A DNA stretch of 64,000 nucleotides, taken from Camelus dromedarius. Lineage: Eukaryota. The notes beneath the pieces are model-generated. The model did not search any database and was not told where the DNA came from. It was given only the letters and a program-made list of their open reading frames with translations. Position 1 is the first letter of the stretch, and each line of letters begins with the position of its first letter. The position numbers and the translations under genes were made by a program. This document shows, piece after piece, positions 41,360 to 54,525 of the stretch. Location of the stretch: assembly GCF_036321535.1 (NCBI RefSeq), contig NC_087436.1:81098001-81162000 (forward strand). Reading direction: 5' to 3'.

Positions 41360-42382
41360 ATTTTAGTTAAATCCCAAGAACAGATCCCATGTATCATATC
41401 TATATATCTCTGCTCCCTGAAGTCATTCATTCTTTGACATGAGAAATGGTCTGTGCTCCTCGAAATGGCCTTCCTGTGCTGTAGAATGTTGAGAGCCACA
41501 GGCCTCATTTCATTTTGTACTGTAGCTTATCCCTGTCTGTCCAAGCTGATATAGTTTCTTTTAAAACTTTGTGGGCCTCCAGTGTACCATATTATGATCT
41601 GTTTTCTTAAACAAAAGCTACACCCACATTTCTTGCTGACCTGGGCCCTTCTGTCCCTTGGGTTGAGAGTCGGAGAGCCGAGGGACAATGCCCTAAGCTT
41701 CTAGGAGACTTTTAGTCTAGGTGATAGTCTTCAAGACAAATCCTTAAGATTCTTGGAGCCCCTCTTAACTTGAAAAAAAGGGTCTGAGAGTCATACCCTA
41801 AGATTCTCTGAAGATTTACGAGATACCCTATTGAAGTTTTCTGAGGTCTCAACAAAGGGTCTTACAAACACACTTTTGAGTTGCTTATCACTTGACTGGT
41901 GGTGTTCCGGATCTATTTGCCCTGAAGCTATTTCTTATTTTGTGGTCTTTTGTTGCCTAGAGAAACTGGGGATTATAAAAGCAGTTTTATTATTAGACCC
42001 AGAAAGTCTTGCCTTAACTTTTTATTTTCTCTAAAGTCTTTATAGCAGTTTTTTTAGCTTATCTTTTTCTATCCACATATTATCATATGCAGATAAAAGA
42101 AAACAGTTGGCACTTTCAATGTTCTGCCTGAAAACTTTAGTAAAATCCACCAGTTCCGTTAGGTATATTTTTCACGCCTTATCAATAGTACAATGTTGCT
42201 GCTAAGTAACTAGGATTATCTTTTCTCCAGCCTCCAATTTCCGCACTGTCTTGTACGCCCCAGCCCCTCCACAGAAGCCTCTTTAAAGCCCTCTGGCGTC
42301 TGCCTATTTCCTGGCGCCAAAGTCAGTGCTGCATAGTTTAGGTTTTTGTTACAATAGCAGCTGAACTCCAGGTACCATTTTA
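41360..42382 (-). mobile_element. MaLR internal sequence (MLT1-int, 5' part)
   Basis: Ends in 'ggtaccatttta' directly next to an MLT1 LTR; this resembles the reverse complement of the MaLR internal start. Confidence 0.65.
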
Positions 42383-42862
42383 TGTTTCTGTTATGGATCA
42401 TTGCATAGCAAACTCAGAAATTCAGAGGCTTAAGACAACAACTACTTTACTATATCTCATGATTTCAGAAATTTGGGCAGTTTGGCTGAACAGTTTTTTT
42501 TGTTTGTGTTTTTGCTCCCATTGATATCAACCAAAGTCACTCCGTGGTATTCACTGGTACAAGGGCTGGTCTGGAGGATTCCAGCAGGCTTCACCCATAT
42601 GTCTGGCACCTAGATGGGGACAGCTGGGCTCAGTCATGGCTGTTGAGTGGAGCACCTACGTGTGAGCTCTCTAACATAGTTGTCTCAGGACAGCTGGTAG
42701 GTTTTTGTAGAGGATCAGGTCTCCCAGAGAGCGTCCCAATAGACATTCTGCTCACAGATTCGAAGCAGTCATAGAGCTCACATGTCTTTAAGGAAAAGGC
42801 CAAACACTTGATCTCTTGATAGGAAGAGTGCCAAAGAATTGTACCCATATTTATTATGCCAG
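42383..42862 (-). mobile_element. MLT1 (MLT1H-like) 5' LTR
   Basis: 'ggcttaagacaacaac...tctcatgatttc...atgtctggcacct...tctcttgataggaagagtgccaaagaattgt'. Confidence 0.8.
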
Positions 42863-45800
42863 ATGATGATATAAGGAATAATAATGAGTAGTAAAGAATA
42901 AAGGAAATGGAGCAAATATTTATTAGAGAAAAAGGCACTCTTAGATTATAATCTAAACACTTACTAAATTCATTGTGTGAACTGAATATGCTCTGTTATC
43001 AAACCTCTTTGAGGCAACAGATGTACACAAACTTAGGAACTTTACTTGTATTTTTCCAAGGCAAGTCATGACGAAGAGGTGTTTACCAAGAAAGTTTATC
43101 TCCTGGTGACTGCCTGTATAGATGTGACTTCTAGTGAAAGCTCCCCAGAGAGATTTGTTTACTAGAAAGCAATTGAAAGAGCCGTTGCCTAACTTCGAAG
43201 TTTTTCCATCAACCTTTTGCATCCTTACCAAGTGTTGCCCCTTGTCAGTATGGAGATGGAACTAGGGGAAAGGACTATACATTTATCAACTTCTAGAAAA
43301 ATTTCCCAAATTCTAACTAGATAGGTGATAGATGGACAGATGGATTGATTGATAATTTAAATTAAAAAAAATAATTTTAAGCAGAAATCAATACAAAGAA
43401 GTTTTCAAATTTTGCAAAGAAGTGACAGTTTGGGAAACAGCTTGATCCAGTACTTGGTTTATTTGTTCATTTAGCTTTTGCTTTTCTTCAAGTTCTGGGA
43501 AACCACAGGATTGCTCAGACAGGAGAGAATCATTAGATATCAATGCAGGAGGGACTTAGAGATTTACTTGGTAGTGCCAGAAGAACAGGGGACCTGGAGT
43601 CAGACTGTCACTAGCACATGTCTGAACCCCATCAACTCTATCAACAGCCAAACAAACTCCAGTGGAACAGGAGTTCTATCTGTCTTTTTCACCAATAGTG
43701 TGCCAGATGCCTACAGCAGTACAACTGCCTTTTGAGTGAAAGTACTTGTGTTGTAATTGAAGATTATAGTACTACTGGTATTGATTTTTGTAATTTATGA
43801 AGGACTAGAAAATGTTTGTACTGTTTGGATACATGGTAAAAAAGGCTTCTTGGCTTTAAAGAACTGTATCTGTCTCTGCCTTTCTCTTTCTCCCACTCTC
43901 ATTCTGTGTGTTTTACATAATAAATACACACATGCACAAATACACTTACATATACATAACTATGCTTTTTTTCAGTTTAGCTTTTGCTTTCAGGCTACAA
44001 AGAAAGAATGTGTGAGTCAAGAATATGCAAATATTAGAGAATTTTCTTTCCTTTCCTAATTATATACATGCATCTTCATCTCAGTATTGTTACTCAGTTA
44101 TGATCCTTGTCTTAAATAAATCTCCTCAAGGAATGAATTAGCCCCACGCATCATACCGAGTGGTCAGGTTTTATACAAGGTATTAAAAAGGTGTTAAGAA
44201 GTAAGTAACCAAATGCAAAGCCAATGTTTAGCTCAGTTAGGAAAACAACAATTAATGTGAAGGTAAAATGATATGCCTAATACCCCAAGGTGTATTTTAA
44301 GCCAAACCTACAGATTCTTGCTTGGGATTTTAGCAGAAGAATCTAAGCCCCCAGACGTCATCTCTACCATAAGCTCTTAATATTATATGTGCGTTGTTTA
44401 ACTTGTTTGGTACTTCCCACTGTGAATAGAAAAGCAAAACAATGTTTGGGTTCTTGCATTCATCTGTCCCTACAAAAAAAATTAAATGATGCTGACACAA
44501 GACTGTGCTAGTTCTCTGCTACCCTCAAAAGGCCGTGGATCATATTCTCTTAGACCATGAAGGACGCATAATAAAGACAGGACTTGTCTTCACCTAAGAT
44601 GGTAGTCCATAACACGGGCATGGGGAGGGATTAGCTACTTCTTGTTCATTTATCCACTTGAAAGAGGTTAAAAACTGAAACTTACCTTAGCATGATCAGA
44701 ACACCCAATCGTACCATAGATGGAAAAAAATCAAATTCTTTCCTGAAATATCTCTTTATAAACTGGCGACTGTCTATTTTGTGCTAAAACCCCCATTGTC
44801 ATAGCAAGTGTGGTTACTGGTGAAGGATTTGTGGTCTATTTGATTATCGCTGACCCTGAAATGTTGAAATTAATATGTTAAAATTCTGAAGTGATGTAAA
44901 TCACACCTAAGTCATTTGATGGTCTATGGTAGCAGTAAGTCAAATAAACTAGAGATGAATGTCTTCAAATTAACAGATATTAGTTAATATCCATTAGAGT
45001 AAATCTAGTTAATTTCCTCTTAATCAGCTTTATTTGAAAGGGAGAAAATAAATTGGTATAATATATTACACAATGTTTGCTAGTCCCTACCTCCCATCCC
45101 TGACACATGTGGTACTCAACAGCAAATACAGCTCTGTAGAGAAATTATACTGAAAGAGTATAAGTTGAATTTATCTTCCTGAAGAAAATATATTGACAAA
45201 ACTACAAATAGTTTGGGGCAACCAGATGAAAATGAATTCCTTTTCATCTAGGCTTTGTCATACACAGATAAAGGTGATGTGGCATGTTGGATAAAGGCTA
45301 ATATTGCCCGCTATTAGGATGATTGTAATTTTTCAGAATATGTAAATTAAGTTGAGAGTGATGGGTCTCATTTGGGGCCCAATAGCTTTTTGTTTTTATT
45401 GAGCATGAGTGCTAAAACTCCTTATTTTAAAGTTCCTCAAAGAGAATACAAATTGAATATATTCATTTTTTTTCTGCTCCATCATCAGCTTTTACTAGCA
45501 TCTAGCATTCAGATTGATACACAGTGGTAAGAAGTACATTTACACAATATTTTTAGCACTCAGATAAGGAAAACGTGGATGTATATTCAAGAAATATCAA
45601 CCCTATTTAGAACCCAGTAAGCTGAATGACTTATCTGAATAATTTCAGAATCAAGGTTTGTTTCCTTTCCTTTGCAAACACATTTGCATCTCCACTTTTA
45701 ATGTCTGTAATGGTTCTGTGTTATTTTAAGTTAGGTATCTATTTATACATTTTTAAATTTTGCATTAAATGACAGTTTAGTTTGTTGGAAAGGGTTCACT

Positions 45801-46289
45801 GACATCACATGTGCAAGCACTCTATTTCTCCAGCAAATTCTTTCAGCTGAACTCACAACTGGATTGTGTTCACTGTGAGTAAAAGTACCCACCCAGTCAT
45901 CCTCATGGCTAGGGGAGGGGCTGCTGTCAGCTGAGCAGAAGTGGGAGTTGCCTGAGTCCCTTGTTGACTTACATAAAAGGACACTGGGCAGAAACGATGA
46001 GGCAAGCAAAGTATTTACCAAGTTGTTGAGGACCTCCCTGTCCTGCCAATGGAAAAAGAAACAGTGAAAGGAATGAGTAATGACAGAAGAATTTTCCTAG
46101 TAGGTTGTAATTGGAGTGCAGTGTGGATGTAGTCTAGGATGATAATTTCAGTGGATAATGAATATGCTACAGATGAAAGCATAAGAAATGTCCATGTTAA
46201 GCGATGGAAGATCATTGGAAGATAAACTGAGATCAGCTAGTGAGGAAAGTGTCTTATAGTTTTATGCTGTTTTCCAACTCAATTAATCA

Positions 46290-46890
46290 GTCGTCATGTA
46301 TTTGTGCTATTAACGAACATTCATTTATTATTACATAGCAAGAACTGCTTTGTCCTTAGCATTGGGCTACACTTTAAAGAAGTTGTGAAGTATAATGTCA
46401 CCCTGCTTCTGTACTTAAGGACTTTAAATATCTAGGTATGTGCAGAAAAAAAGAAAAAGAGAGACACCAGGGAACATTACTTAGAAAACATAACACACTG
46501 CTATGGCAATAAGCTCATTGTATAATAGATAGCAGATAGGGTAATATAAGTATGCTAATATGTTCTAGAAGAGAGATTAATAAATTAGGTAAAATGGAAG
46601 TCAACTGGACTTAGTTTCTGAGGAAGGGAATGGTGAAAAAGATAGCATTTGGGCTTTAAGATTGGGTCAAATGTTGACAATAGAATAGGAAGGGCATCCC
46701 AGGTTGAGGGAAGGGCGTGAGTAAAGCACAGGAGGTAGATGTGAAAATGCTCTGCGTGGGGTTGTGGAGGTGGAGGCAAGCAGGAAGAGGAAGGTTGCCT
46801 TGACCAGATGCCAGAGTAGATGTTGGAGAGAAATTAAAATTAAAGTTGGGAGAGCCCAACTTGAAAAATCTACAAAACTTGATAGAAATA
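46290..46890 (-). mobile_element. L2 fragment(s)
   Basis: 'gaacattcatttattattac...aggaagggcatcccaggttgagggaagggcgtgagtaaagcacaggag'. Confidence 0.65.
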
Positions 46891-47552
46891 CCAGGTCCTT
46901 TTCTTGTTTTATTTTTAATGTGTTGATCTTAATGTATTTTCCTAGTCACGTGTATATTATTTACAAAGCATGATTAAGCAAGAGGTGGGTGTCTGAGGGG
47001 AATGTGGGTGAGGGACAGAAAAGTGGGAAGGGAAGCCAGCCGACAGTGTCTACATAACCAAGTGCTCACTAAAACTTTGTTATGGTTCTGCCCATTGTGA
47101 CAGTTTTAAATAATACTCAATTATTTCAGGTATACAGAAGTTTCAGAATGTTTGTCAGTTTGGAACTAGGATTCTGACTAGAGAATCTTCATATTTAATC
47201 ATTTGATGAACTGATGGACGCGTAGAGGGTTAGTAGAATTTCTGTGACTGTGGCTGCCTGAGGAGGCAGGAAGGGCAGCTGGGAGACCATGTAGGAGCTA
47301 CTCCGGGGCATATCTGTAGAAGACAGAAAAGTAGGCAGGTTCCAGAAATTTGTCAGAGGGAAAATTAAGATTTTGTGAGATTAATTGAATGTTGAATGTC
47401 TCAATATTTGTGACATGGTATAAATTGTACTGGAACATGACACGTCTCTATGTAATAGCCTTCCTGGTTTCATAGACTCACAGTTTCCAAGTTTCAGCAG
47501 TTAACACGACAGGTTTACAGTTTTAAAGTTTCAACACTCAACACTGTAGATA

Positions 47553-47834
47553 GGTCTTAGTCTGCTCAGGCTGCCATAGCAAAATATCAACTACCAAGTG
47601 GCTTAAACAACAGACATTTATTTTCTCACAGCTCTGGAGGCTGGAAGCCTGAGATCAGGATGCCAGCATGGACAGGTTCTGGTGTGATATCTCTGCCTGC
47701 ACTAATTCCCTTTGACCAGGGTCCCACCCTCATGACTTAATTATCTCTCAAAGTCCTCATCTCCAAATACTTTCCCACTGGGGCTCAGAGCTCCAAGGAT
47801 GAATTGATGGGGCACAAATATCCAATCCATAACA
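47553..47834 (-). mobile_element. MLT1A-like MaLR solo LTR (internally deleted)
   Basis: 'gtcttagtctgctcaggctgccatagcaaaata...ggcttaaacaacagacatttattttctcacagctctggaggctggaag...ccataaca'. Confidence 0.88.
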
Positions 47835-47995
47835 AGTGGATATTTTTTGTTTGTCTACCCCCATTCCCACCCATTGGTTCTTTGCTTTCTTCCTTTCTAA
47901 CTGACCCTTCGGTTGGTATGGAGTGATGTTTGGATCACAGACTAGGGCAGGATATGCCATCTCATTCTGGGTACTTTCTTCTTAATTTGCTTTCT

Positions 47996-48849
47996 TTTTT
48001 TTTTTAACATTTTTTATTGATTTATAATCATTTTACAATGTTGTGTCAAATTCCAGTGTAGAGCACAATTTTTCAGTTATACATGAATATATATACATTC
48101 ATTGTCACATTCCTTTCTCTCTGAGCTACCATAAGATCTTGTATATATTTCCCTGTGCTATACAGTATAATCTTGTTTATCTATTCAACATTTTGAAATC
48201 CCAGTCTATCCCTTCCCACCCCCCGCCCGCTTGGCAACCACAAGTTTGTATTCTAGGTCTATGACTGTTTCTGTTTTCAGTATTTGTGATTTGTTTGTTT
48301 GTCTTTTTTTTGTTGTTTTTTTCTTTTTTAGATTCCACATATGAGCGATCTCATATGGTACTTTTCTTTCTCTTTCTGGCTTACTTCACTTAGAATGACA
48401 TTCTCCAGGAGCATCCATGTGGCTGTGGACCTTTTAGGGTTTTCTATATACAGCAGTCAGGCAAGAGAGAGAAATAAAAGCGATCCAAATTGGAAAAGAA
48501 GAGGTAAAAGTGTCACTATATGCCAACAACATGTTACTATATATAGAAAACCCTAAAAGGTCCACACAAAAACTACTAGAGCTGATTGAAGAATTCAGCA
48601 AGGTAGCAGGTTACAAGATTAACATTCAAAAATCAGTTGCATTTCTTTACACTAACGATGAATCAACAGAAAAAGAAAGTAAAGAAACAATCCCCTTTAA
48701 AATAGTACCCAACGTAATAAAATACCTAGGAATAAATCTAACCAAGGAGGTGAAAGAATTATACACAGAAAACTGTAAACCATTCATGAAGGAAATTAAA
48801 GAAGACTTTAAAAAATGGAAAGATATCCCATGCTCTTGGATTGGAAGAA
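47996..48849 (-). mobile_element. Young 5'-inverted (twin-primed) L1 with 14-bp TSD
   Basis: Poly(T) and L1 3' end on minus (47996-48423); ORF2 RT segment on plus (48451-48854); TSD TTAATTTGCTTTCT at 47982-47995 and 48850-48863. Confidence 0.93.
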
Positions 48850-48854
48850 TTAAT
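48451..48854 (+). pseudogene. L1 ORF2 reverse-transcriptase fragment, non-functional (inverted segment of the L1 above)
   Basis: Translates [34 protein letters not shown]...[19 protein letters not shown]...[14 protein letters not shown], a clear L1 ORF2p RT region; catalytic DD replaced by NN. Confidence 0.95.
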
Positions 48855-48899
48855 TTGCTTTCTAGATACGCAGAAGGAAATCAAACTGACAAGTTTTTA

Positions 48900-49220
48900 T
48901 TACAAACTTTACTTTTCCAGGAGGCATACCCTGACCACCCTATTTAATATTGACACCCTCTTCACCTCCTAATAACTCCTAATCTCTACTTATTCTGTTC
49001 TATTTTTCCTCCATCATCATTATCATCTTCTAGGATATGACATAGTGTATTGTTTATGTATTGTTTATTGTGTCTCCCATCATTCAATGCAAAATTCGCT
49101 AGGACAAAGAGATCTTTATTTTGTTTACTGATCTATCCAAAGTACCTAGGACAGTGCCTGGCCTTTAGTAGGCAGTATATTACATTACTGAATGGATATA
49201 TATTACTGAATGAATAAATG
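48900..49220 (+). mobile_element. L2 (L2a-like) 3' end
   Basis: 'ccctgaccaccctatttaa...tacctaggacagtgcctggc...tgaatgaataaatg'. Confidence 0.85.
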
Positions 49221-49334
49221 GGCAACTACTAAGTTAGCTAAATGAAAAAGATATATTTAATTTTGAGAAAATACTATGTTGTACAAGCTGAATACAGATT
49301 CAAAACTCAGACCTAGCAATGATTTTTACTTCCC

Positions 49335-49680
49335 TAAAGAAATCCTATGATAGAAGTAATGAGAAGTGGGCCAGTTGTGGATGTATTTTAAACACTGAGC
49401 CAACAGGAGTTGCTCATGTACTGGGTGTGGGTGTAAAAGAGGGGAAGTCAAGGGTACCTTCAAGAATTTTGGCTAAACAACCTGAAGACCAAAATTGACA
49501 TCAACTGAGACAGGAATGATTACAGGGAGAGGAGGTTGAGTGATGGTGGTTGGGGATGAGATGAGGAGCTCGGTTCTGGAAATGCTGAGTTTAACATGTT
49601 CGTTAGTCAGATAATCAGGTGGATACAGAGTAAGTACTTAAATGTGTGACTATCAAATTAAGGACAAAAGTCTGAGCTTC
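49335..49680 (-). mobile_element. L2 fragment
   Basis: 'gagccaacaggagttgctcatg...gaagtcaagggtaccttcaagaatttttggc...aggagctcggttctgga'. Confidence 0.75.
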
Positions 49681-51704
49681 TATTTTTAATATTTATATAA
49701 ATGCATATTGATTCCATTTTGAGAACACTTGTATTGTTGTGAGTTTGATGTGAAGTAAACTATGCATATGTGCTAATTTTCAGATACCCCTGAGGGAAAA
49801 AATGGGAAATCACTCTCATTGTTTTTAGGATGTACCCTGTATGAGCATTTCCCTTTTGTAGTCTCTCTTCCAGCAAGGAAAGAAAAATAAAATATTTCCC
49901 TCTGATTACTCCAAACTGTTCTATTTTTTATGTAGGTATAATGTGCAAAATTTATTCCTTGAGAGTTTTTCCCTAGAAATTAATAAATCAAGTTGATCTT
50001 GAAGAGGAAGAAATATTTCACTGAAAATGGAATGAAAATCTTTTGAGTATTTTATTAGCCTGTTACTATAATTTCAAGAGCTTTAAAGTTTTACAGAAAG
50101 AGGAGCTAAGGAAATGACCACTTCTGTTATCTCTGTGTCCATTGCTATTTATATTTCTTCTTATGTACCGCCACACTCGACTTTAAGCCTCCTTTATCTT
50201 CATGATCATGTTATCTCTTTGTTGTATCCGCTGCCTAATAGCAATTAGCTACTTTTTGCTGTTTTCTTGTTTACATCTTTAAAAAACAATTATACCTTTT
50301 GCATAGCTGCATCCTACTATAAAATAAATAACATCAGTCAGTCAAGAATTTGGAACAGTTGTCATAAAAGGGAAAGTCTGTTTTTGCATTACAAATTTTA
50401 TGTGGTCAGGTTTTGGTTGATTGCAGTTTCCTCTTTTTAAGATGGAGAATTTCTTGGGTGGTCCTGACAGATGTTCAAGAACCTTGTAAACTCTCCCATT
50501 AGCACAAACTGTTGAGCTAGTGACACTGAGATGCGTATAGAGACACGCACACACACGTGTGTACTATATGTACTTGTACAATGAAATAGGGGCTCCAGCT
50601 GGCTGAAAACATGTGGTAAGAGGATTTAATAAAATTCTTTTTTGAAAACTGATAACCCAAACCATCTGCAGTGTGGTCAGATCACACTTCCTTCATGTCT
50701 CGTCTGCGAGGGCAGAATAACCAGAGGTTTGGATCTAGTTCCTCAGTCTAAAGAAGGCCATTCAAATGACTGTCAGTCCCATGGGTGCACATTTCTCCTT
50801 CTGAAAGGTTATTTCATCTGCACCCAACTCCAGTTGGCCTGTGAATTTATGTCTCTCTCATTTTCTCTCTCTCTCTGGGTAGAACGAATGTGAGTAAAAT
50901 GTGCACACCCACCCATGTGTAGTAAAGCTTCTCTCTCTCTGAATCTATTACATGAGAGGCTATGATAAGATGAAAGGAGAGGAGGAACTTAAAAAAGGAA
51001 ATGTTCTTTTACGTTTTGGTGAAAAGACAATGAAAGAGAGAAGTGAAACAAATTCTTAACATCTACTTTTCTTTTTTGGGCTAAGAGAAACAGATGTACG
51101 TTATATTTGCACAAATGCAGTTTCCTTGAAATTAGGATAATGCATATATTAAAATGATTATTTCAGGCACCAAAGTAAATAGATGTCAACCTTATTAATA
51201 ATTAATAATGTATTGATACCTGTTTTAATAAGATATATTTCTTAAACGTATTTTAACTGAAACACTTCAATATCCATTTACATATTAGTGTTTTTATAGA
51301 TTTTAACTTATAAAAACAGATATATATTTTGACACAATCAAAATAATTAGTCCTTTTCAATTTTTTTCTTAACAGATTGTCAATGAGTTATTCAGTGTAA
51401 TGCAAAAAGCAAAAAGACAAATGTTTACTTTTTGTTTTGTTTTGTTTGCCTTGGGGATTTGTGAGTTTTGACGTACTGTAATTGAGACTGTTTTCAAAAT
51501 ACATGACTAGTTTGTCAAGATTAGGTTCATGTTTACAGCATCATTTGTACACAGTTTTGAAAATTTAAACTCAGCTTCCAATATTCTAAAATGTGGATGA
51601 TGCTTACTTTGATGTGACTTTGTGTGTCTGTGTATTGCAATTCAAGTCGCTCCAATCACACACCCACTCAATTTTCATTTACAGCCTGTGAATGAACATA
51701 AGCA

Positions 51705-52290
51705 AAGTTTTAACTTCATCTAGGTGACCCTTGAAGGCTACATGTTGGGTCTGAAATGTTTAAGATGTGTTCACTGTGGTGATGGAGAAGACCCATCTTT
51801 GCTCTGTGTAAGGTTGGTTGTGAATGGACAGAGATGTAGGGCAGAATGTGCTGGTGAGAGCATTACAGAGAACCATGTGGGAAGTAACAGAAAAGAGTAA
51901 CCTGCATATTGATAGGATGAGGGAGAAAAATGAATTAAAAAAACCTAAAGATCCAACCAAGATTATGACAGAGATAACTGGGTCATTGTTGACAAAAATG
52001 AAGCTGGGAAGAAGGAAATTTAATCTTCCATTTATGTTAAAAACAGATCCTATTGAGGCATTGTTCTTTTTGAATCATTGAAATTAGAGTTGCCTGGTCA
52101 CCAAGAGCCTTTGTTATATAAGGAATTCATTCACATGCTTATCCGTTTATTTATTCATTCACACATTCTACAAATATTTTAGAGTTGTTACCATCTGAAA
52201 GACACTACTATTTCCTCTGCATGGAGTGTGATAGATATTGTGGAGAGGCTTACAAAGATGCATAATGCTCATAACTCCTGTCTTCAAGCA
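51705..52290 (-). mobile_element. L2 fragments
   Basis: Degenerate L2 internal sequence, then tail 'tttattcattcacacattctacaaatattt'. Confidence 0.55.
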
Positions 52291-52544
52291 TGGTACTTGG
52301 ATGAGAATAAAGAGCAAAAGAGGACTTGGGCATTCTTGTTAGGAGAAATTCACAGGACCGTTGCATGGGGCATGGGATAGATTACGGGCAAATGTGTAGA
52401 GAGGGTATCATTGGATAAGGAGTTCAGGATCAGGGGGTGAGACTGCAGGTGGGGCTGAACACCAGGATAAGGGTGAAGTCCAGTTTTTGGCTGGACTGGC
52501 GCAGTGGGAAGCCCTCCAATCCCCCAGAGCATCAATGACGCTGA

Positions 52545-52985
52545 ATTTTTTTAAATATCAGGATTATGAGGTATAATTTACATACAGTTATGCAATCACC
52601 ACCACAATCAAAGCATAAGATTGTTACATCACCCCACAAAATTCCCTCATGCCCCTTCGCCGCCTTCCCCTCCCTCACCTTCAGCCCCTGGTAACAAATG
52701 GTATTTTTCCTGCTCCTATTGTTTTATCGTTTCCAAATATAAATGCAGTCTACAGCGTGTAGCCTTTGAGCCTGGCTTCTTTCACTAAACATAATGCACC
52801 TGAAATTCATCTGTGCTGTTCTGTGTTTTCCTTAGCTCCTTTCTTTCTGCTAATGAGTAATATTCAATTATATGGATGGACCAGAGCTTGTTTATCCGTT
52901 CACCTGCTGAAGGACATTTGGGTTATTTCCAATTTGGGGATGATTATGAGTAGATTCACTGTATATGTATTTGTATATAAGTCTT
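52545..52985 (-). mobile_element. L1 (L1MB-like) 3' end
   Basis: 'gaggtataatttacatacag...caatcaccaccacaatca...ctggcttctttcactaaacataatg...ggacatttgggttatttcca'. Confidence 0.88.
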
Positions 52986-54334
52986 TAATAATGCACTTCC
53001 TTCTACCATTTTGGCTCCCAGCCTTTGAGTCAATAAAACCATTTCTTCTTCTAGTTAGGTTTTATAAATGCATATGAGAATGTGTTAAATTAATGATATC
53101 AAGCCCCTTACCTATGAGTTAAAATTTATTGATGGTTGTGAGAGAATGTGTAAGATACCTATGGAATGGAGGCGATAAGAGAAATAAGAGAAAGTAAGGC
53201 AGTGACAGGGGAAGTTGGGCAGTATGCAAATGTGACTTGCCAAATGGGCCATCATAAAGTATGGAGTGTATTGCCCATTTACTCTGCAGAAGGCAATGTG
53301 TTATGACCTGTGGAGGGGTTAAAAGTATGACACTCAGTTCTTTATCCTTAATTATTTAAAAATACCTTTAAAACTTTAACACTCGGTGCTATATTACACA
53401 CGTATGTATGTCTCTCCCTCATTACAAAGTAAACTCTACAAACAAGATATGCCTTTTATTTTGTTGCTTTGTATTTTCCTTTTGTTTGTTTTTAAGTACT
53501 ATATTTTCAACCCCTAGAAAAATGTCTGGCATTTAGTAAAACTTCGTAAGTATTTTTGAAAGTATAAACAAGGAGATAAAACATTATTTAAAAAGTAGCA
53601 AGCATTATAAGGTAATTTAATTTATTGACAAAGGGGGTGACCAATAAGTGTTTAAAGTGTGGAGTGTGTGGGCAGCCCTGAATAGACCACAATTACTTAG
53701 AAAAGTGGAGAGAAGTTTGCTAAATAATTTTCTTTAGATTTTGTTGTTCCTATGATGAATGTACCTATTCTTCACATTTAAACCATATTTCAGTTAATAT
53801 AAAGCCACATCAAATGTAAAGCATCCAGTTAGTTTATGCATCACTAAGTAGAATCAAACACTGTAATTTAAACTATGACCTTCCTTTGTCTCTAATATAT
53901 ATCCCAGGTAAAAGATGTTAAATGTCAATATGCTAATTATAAAATTAATAAAGTATGAGATTTTTGCCCAGTTTAAACAAGGTGATATATTTTAAAATTC
54001 TTTGTAGACTGTAAAATTTACATAATGATAGATACTATGCTTTACCCCCAAATTATTTTCTTAACCCATATTAACAAGAAGATTTAGCAAAGAAAATGTG
54101 TGAATATACATATAATATACAAAAAAGATATTTATACATTTAGGTTAAATCATTACTTGAATGAATATAATATTATTACTTGCATGGATATAAAAGTTCA
54201 TGTGAGAGTGACCATATACTCTCTGGAAGCAACAACAACATAATCAGAACACCTGCAGTGTTAGCAGGTGTTAGACCCCCTTAGTTGAATTACACTGTCC
54301 AAGTATAAAAGATTATAGTCCAATATTTTTAAAA

Positions 54335-54525
54335 ATTAGCATTTTTGTCTACTTACCATGTGCAGGCATTGTGGTAAGCTCTTCTGTAAGTCAGTTGCTA
54401 GTATTACAGATGGAGAGACTGAGGCACAGTGAGGATAAAGAACTTGGCTAAGATTGTTCCACAAGGAGCAGAGCTTATATGTAAGCAAAATCTGTCTGAC
54501 TCATGCTCTTAGTTTCTGCTCAGTG
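54335..54525 (-). mobile_element. MIR SINE
   Basis: 'acttaccatgtgcaggcattgtg...tacagatggagagactgaggcacag...tctgtctgactc'. Confidence 0.8.

Noticed and set aside
44686..44856. Minus-strand exon candidate ending AAG|GTAAGT
   Set aside because: All three frames contain stops; a non-coding exon cannot be shown from sequence alone
45224..45249. Near-perfect 26-nt palindrome
   Set aside because: Isolated and AT-rich, with no TSD or transposon context; plausible by chance
48510..48947. 145-aa ORF as a functional reverse transcriptase or RT-based system
   Set aside because: It is an inverted fragment of an L1 insertion, its catalytic DD is mutated, and its C-terminus is read-through into flanking DNA
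51376..51460. + strand exon candidate (strong acceptor, TTT|GTGAGT donor)
   Set aside because: 85 nt, low-complexity T-rich 3' half, unrecognised peptide; cannot be supported without RNA data
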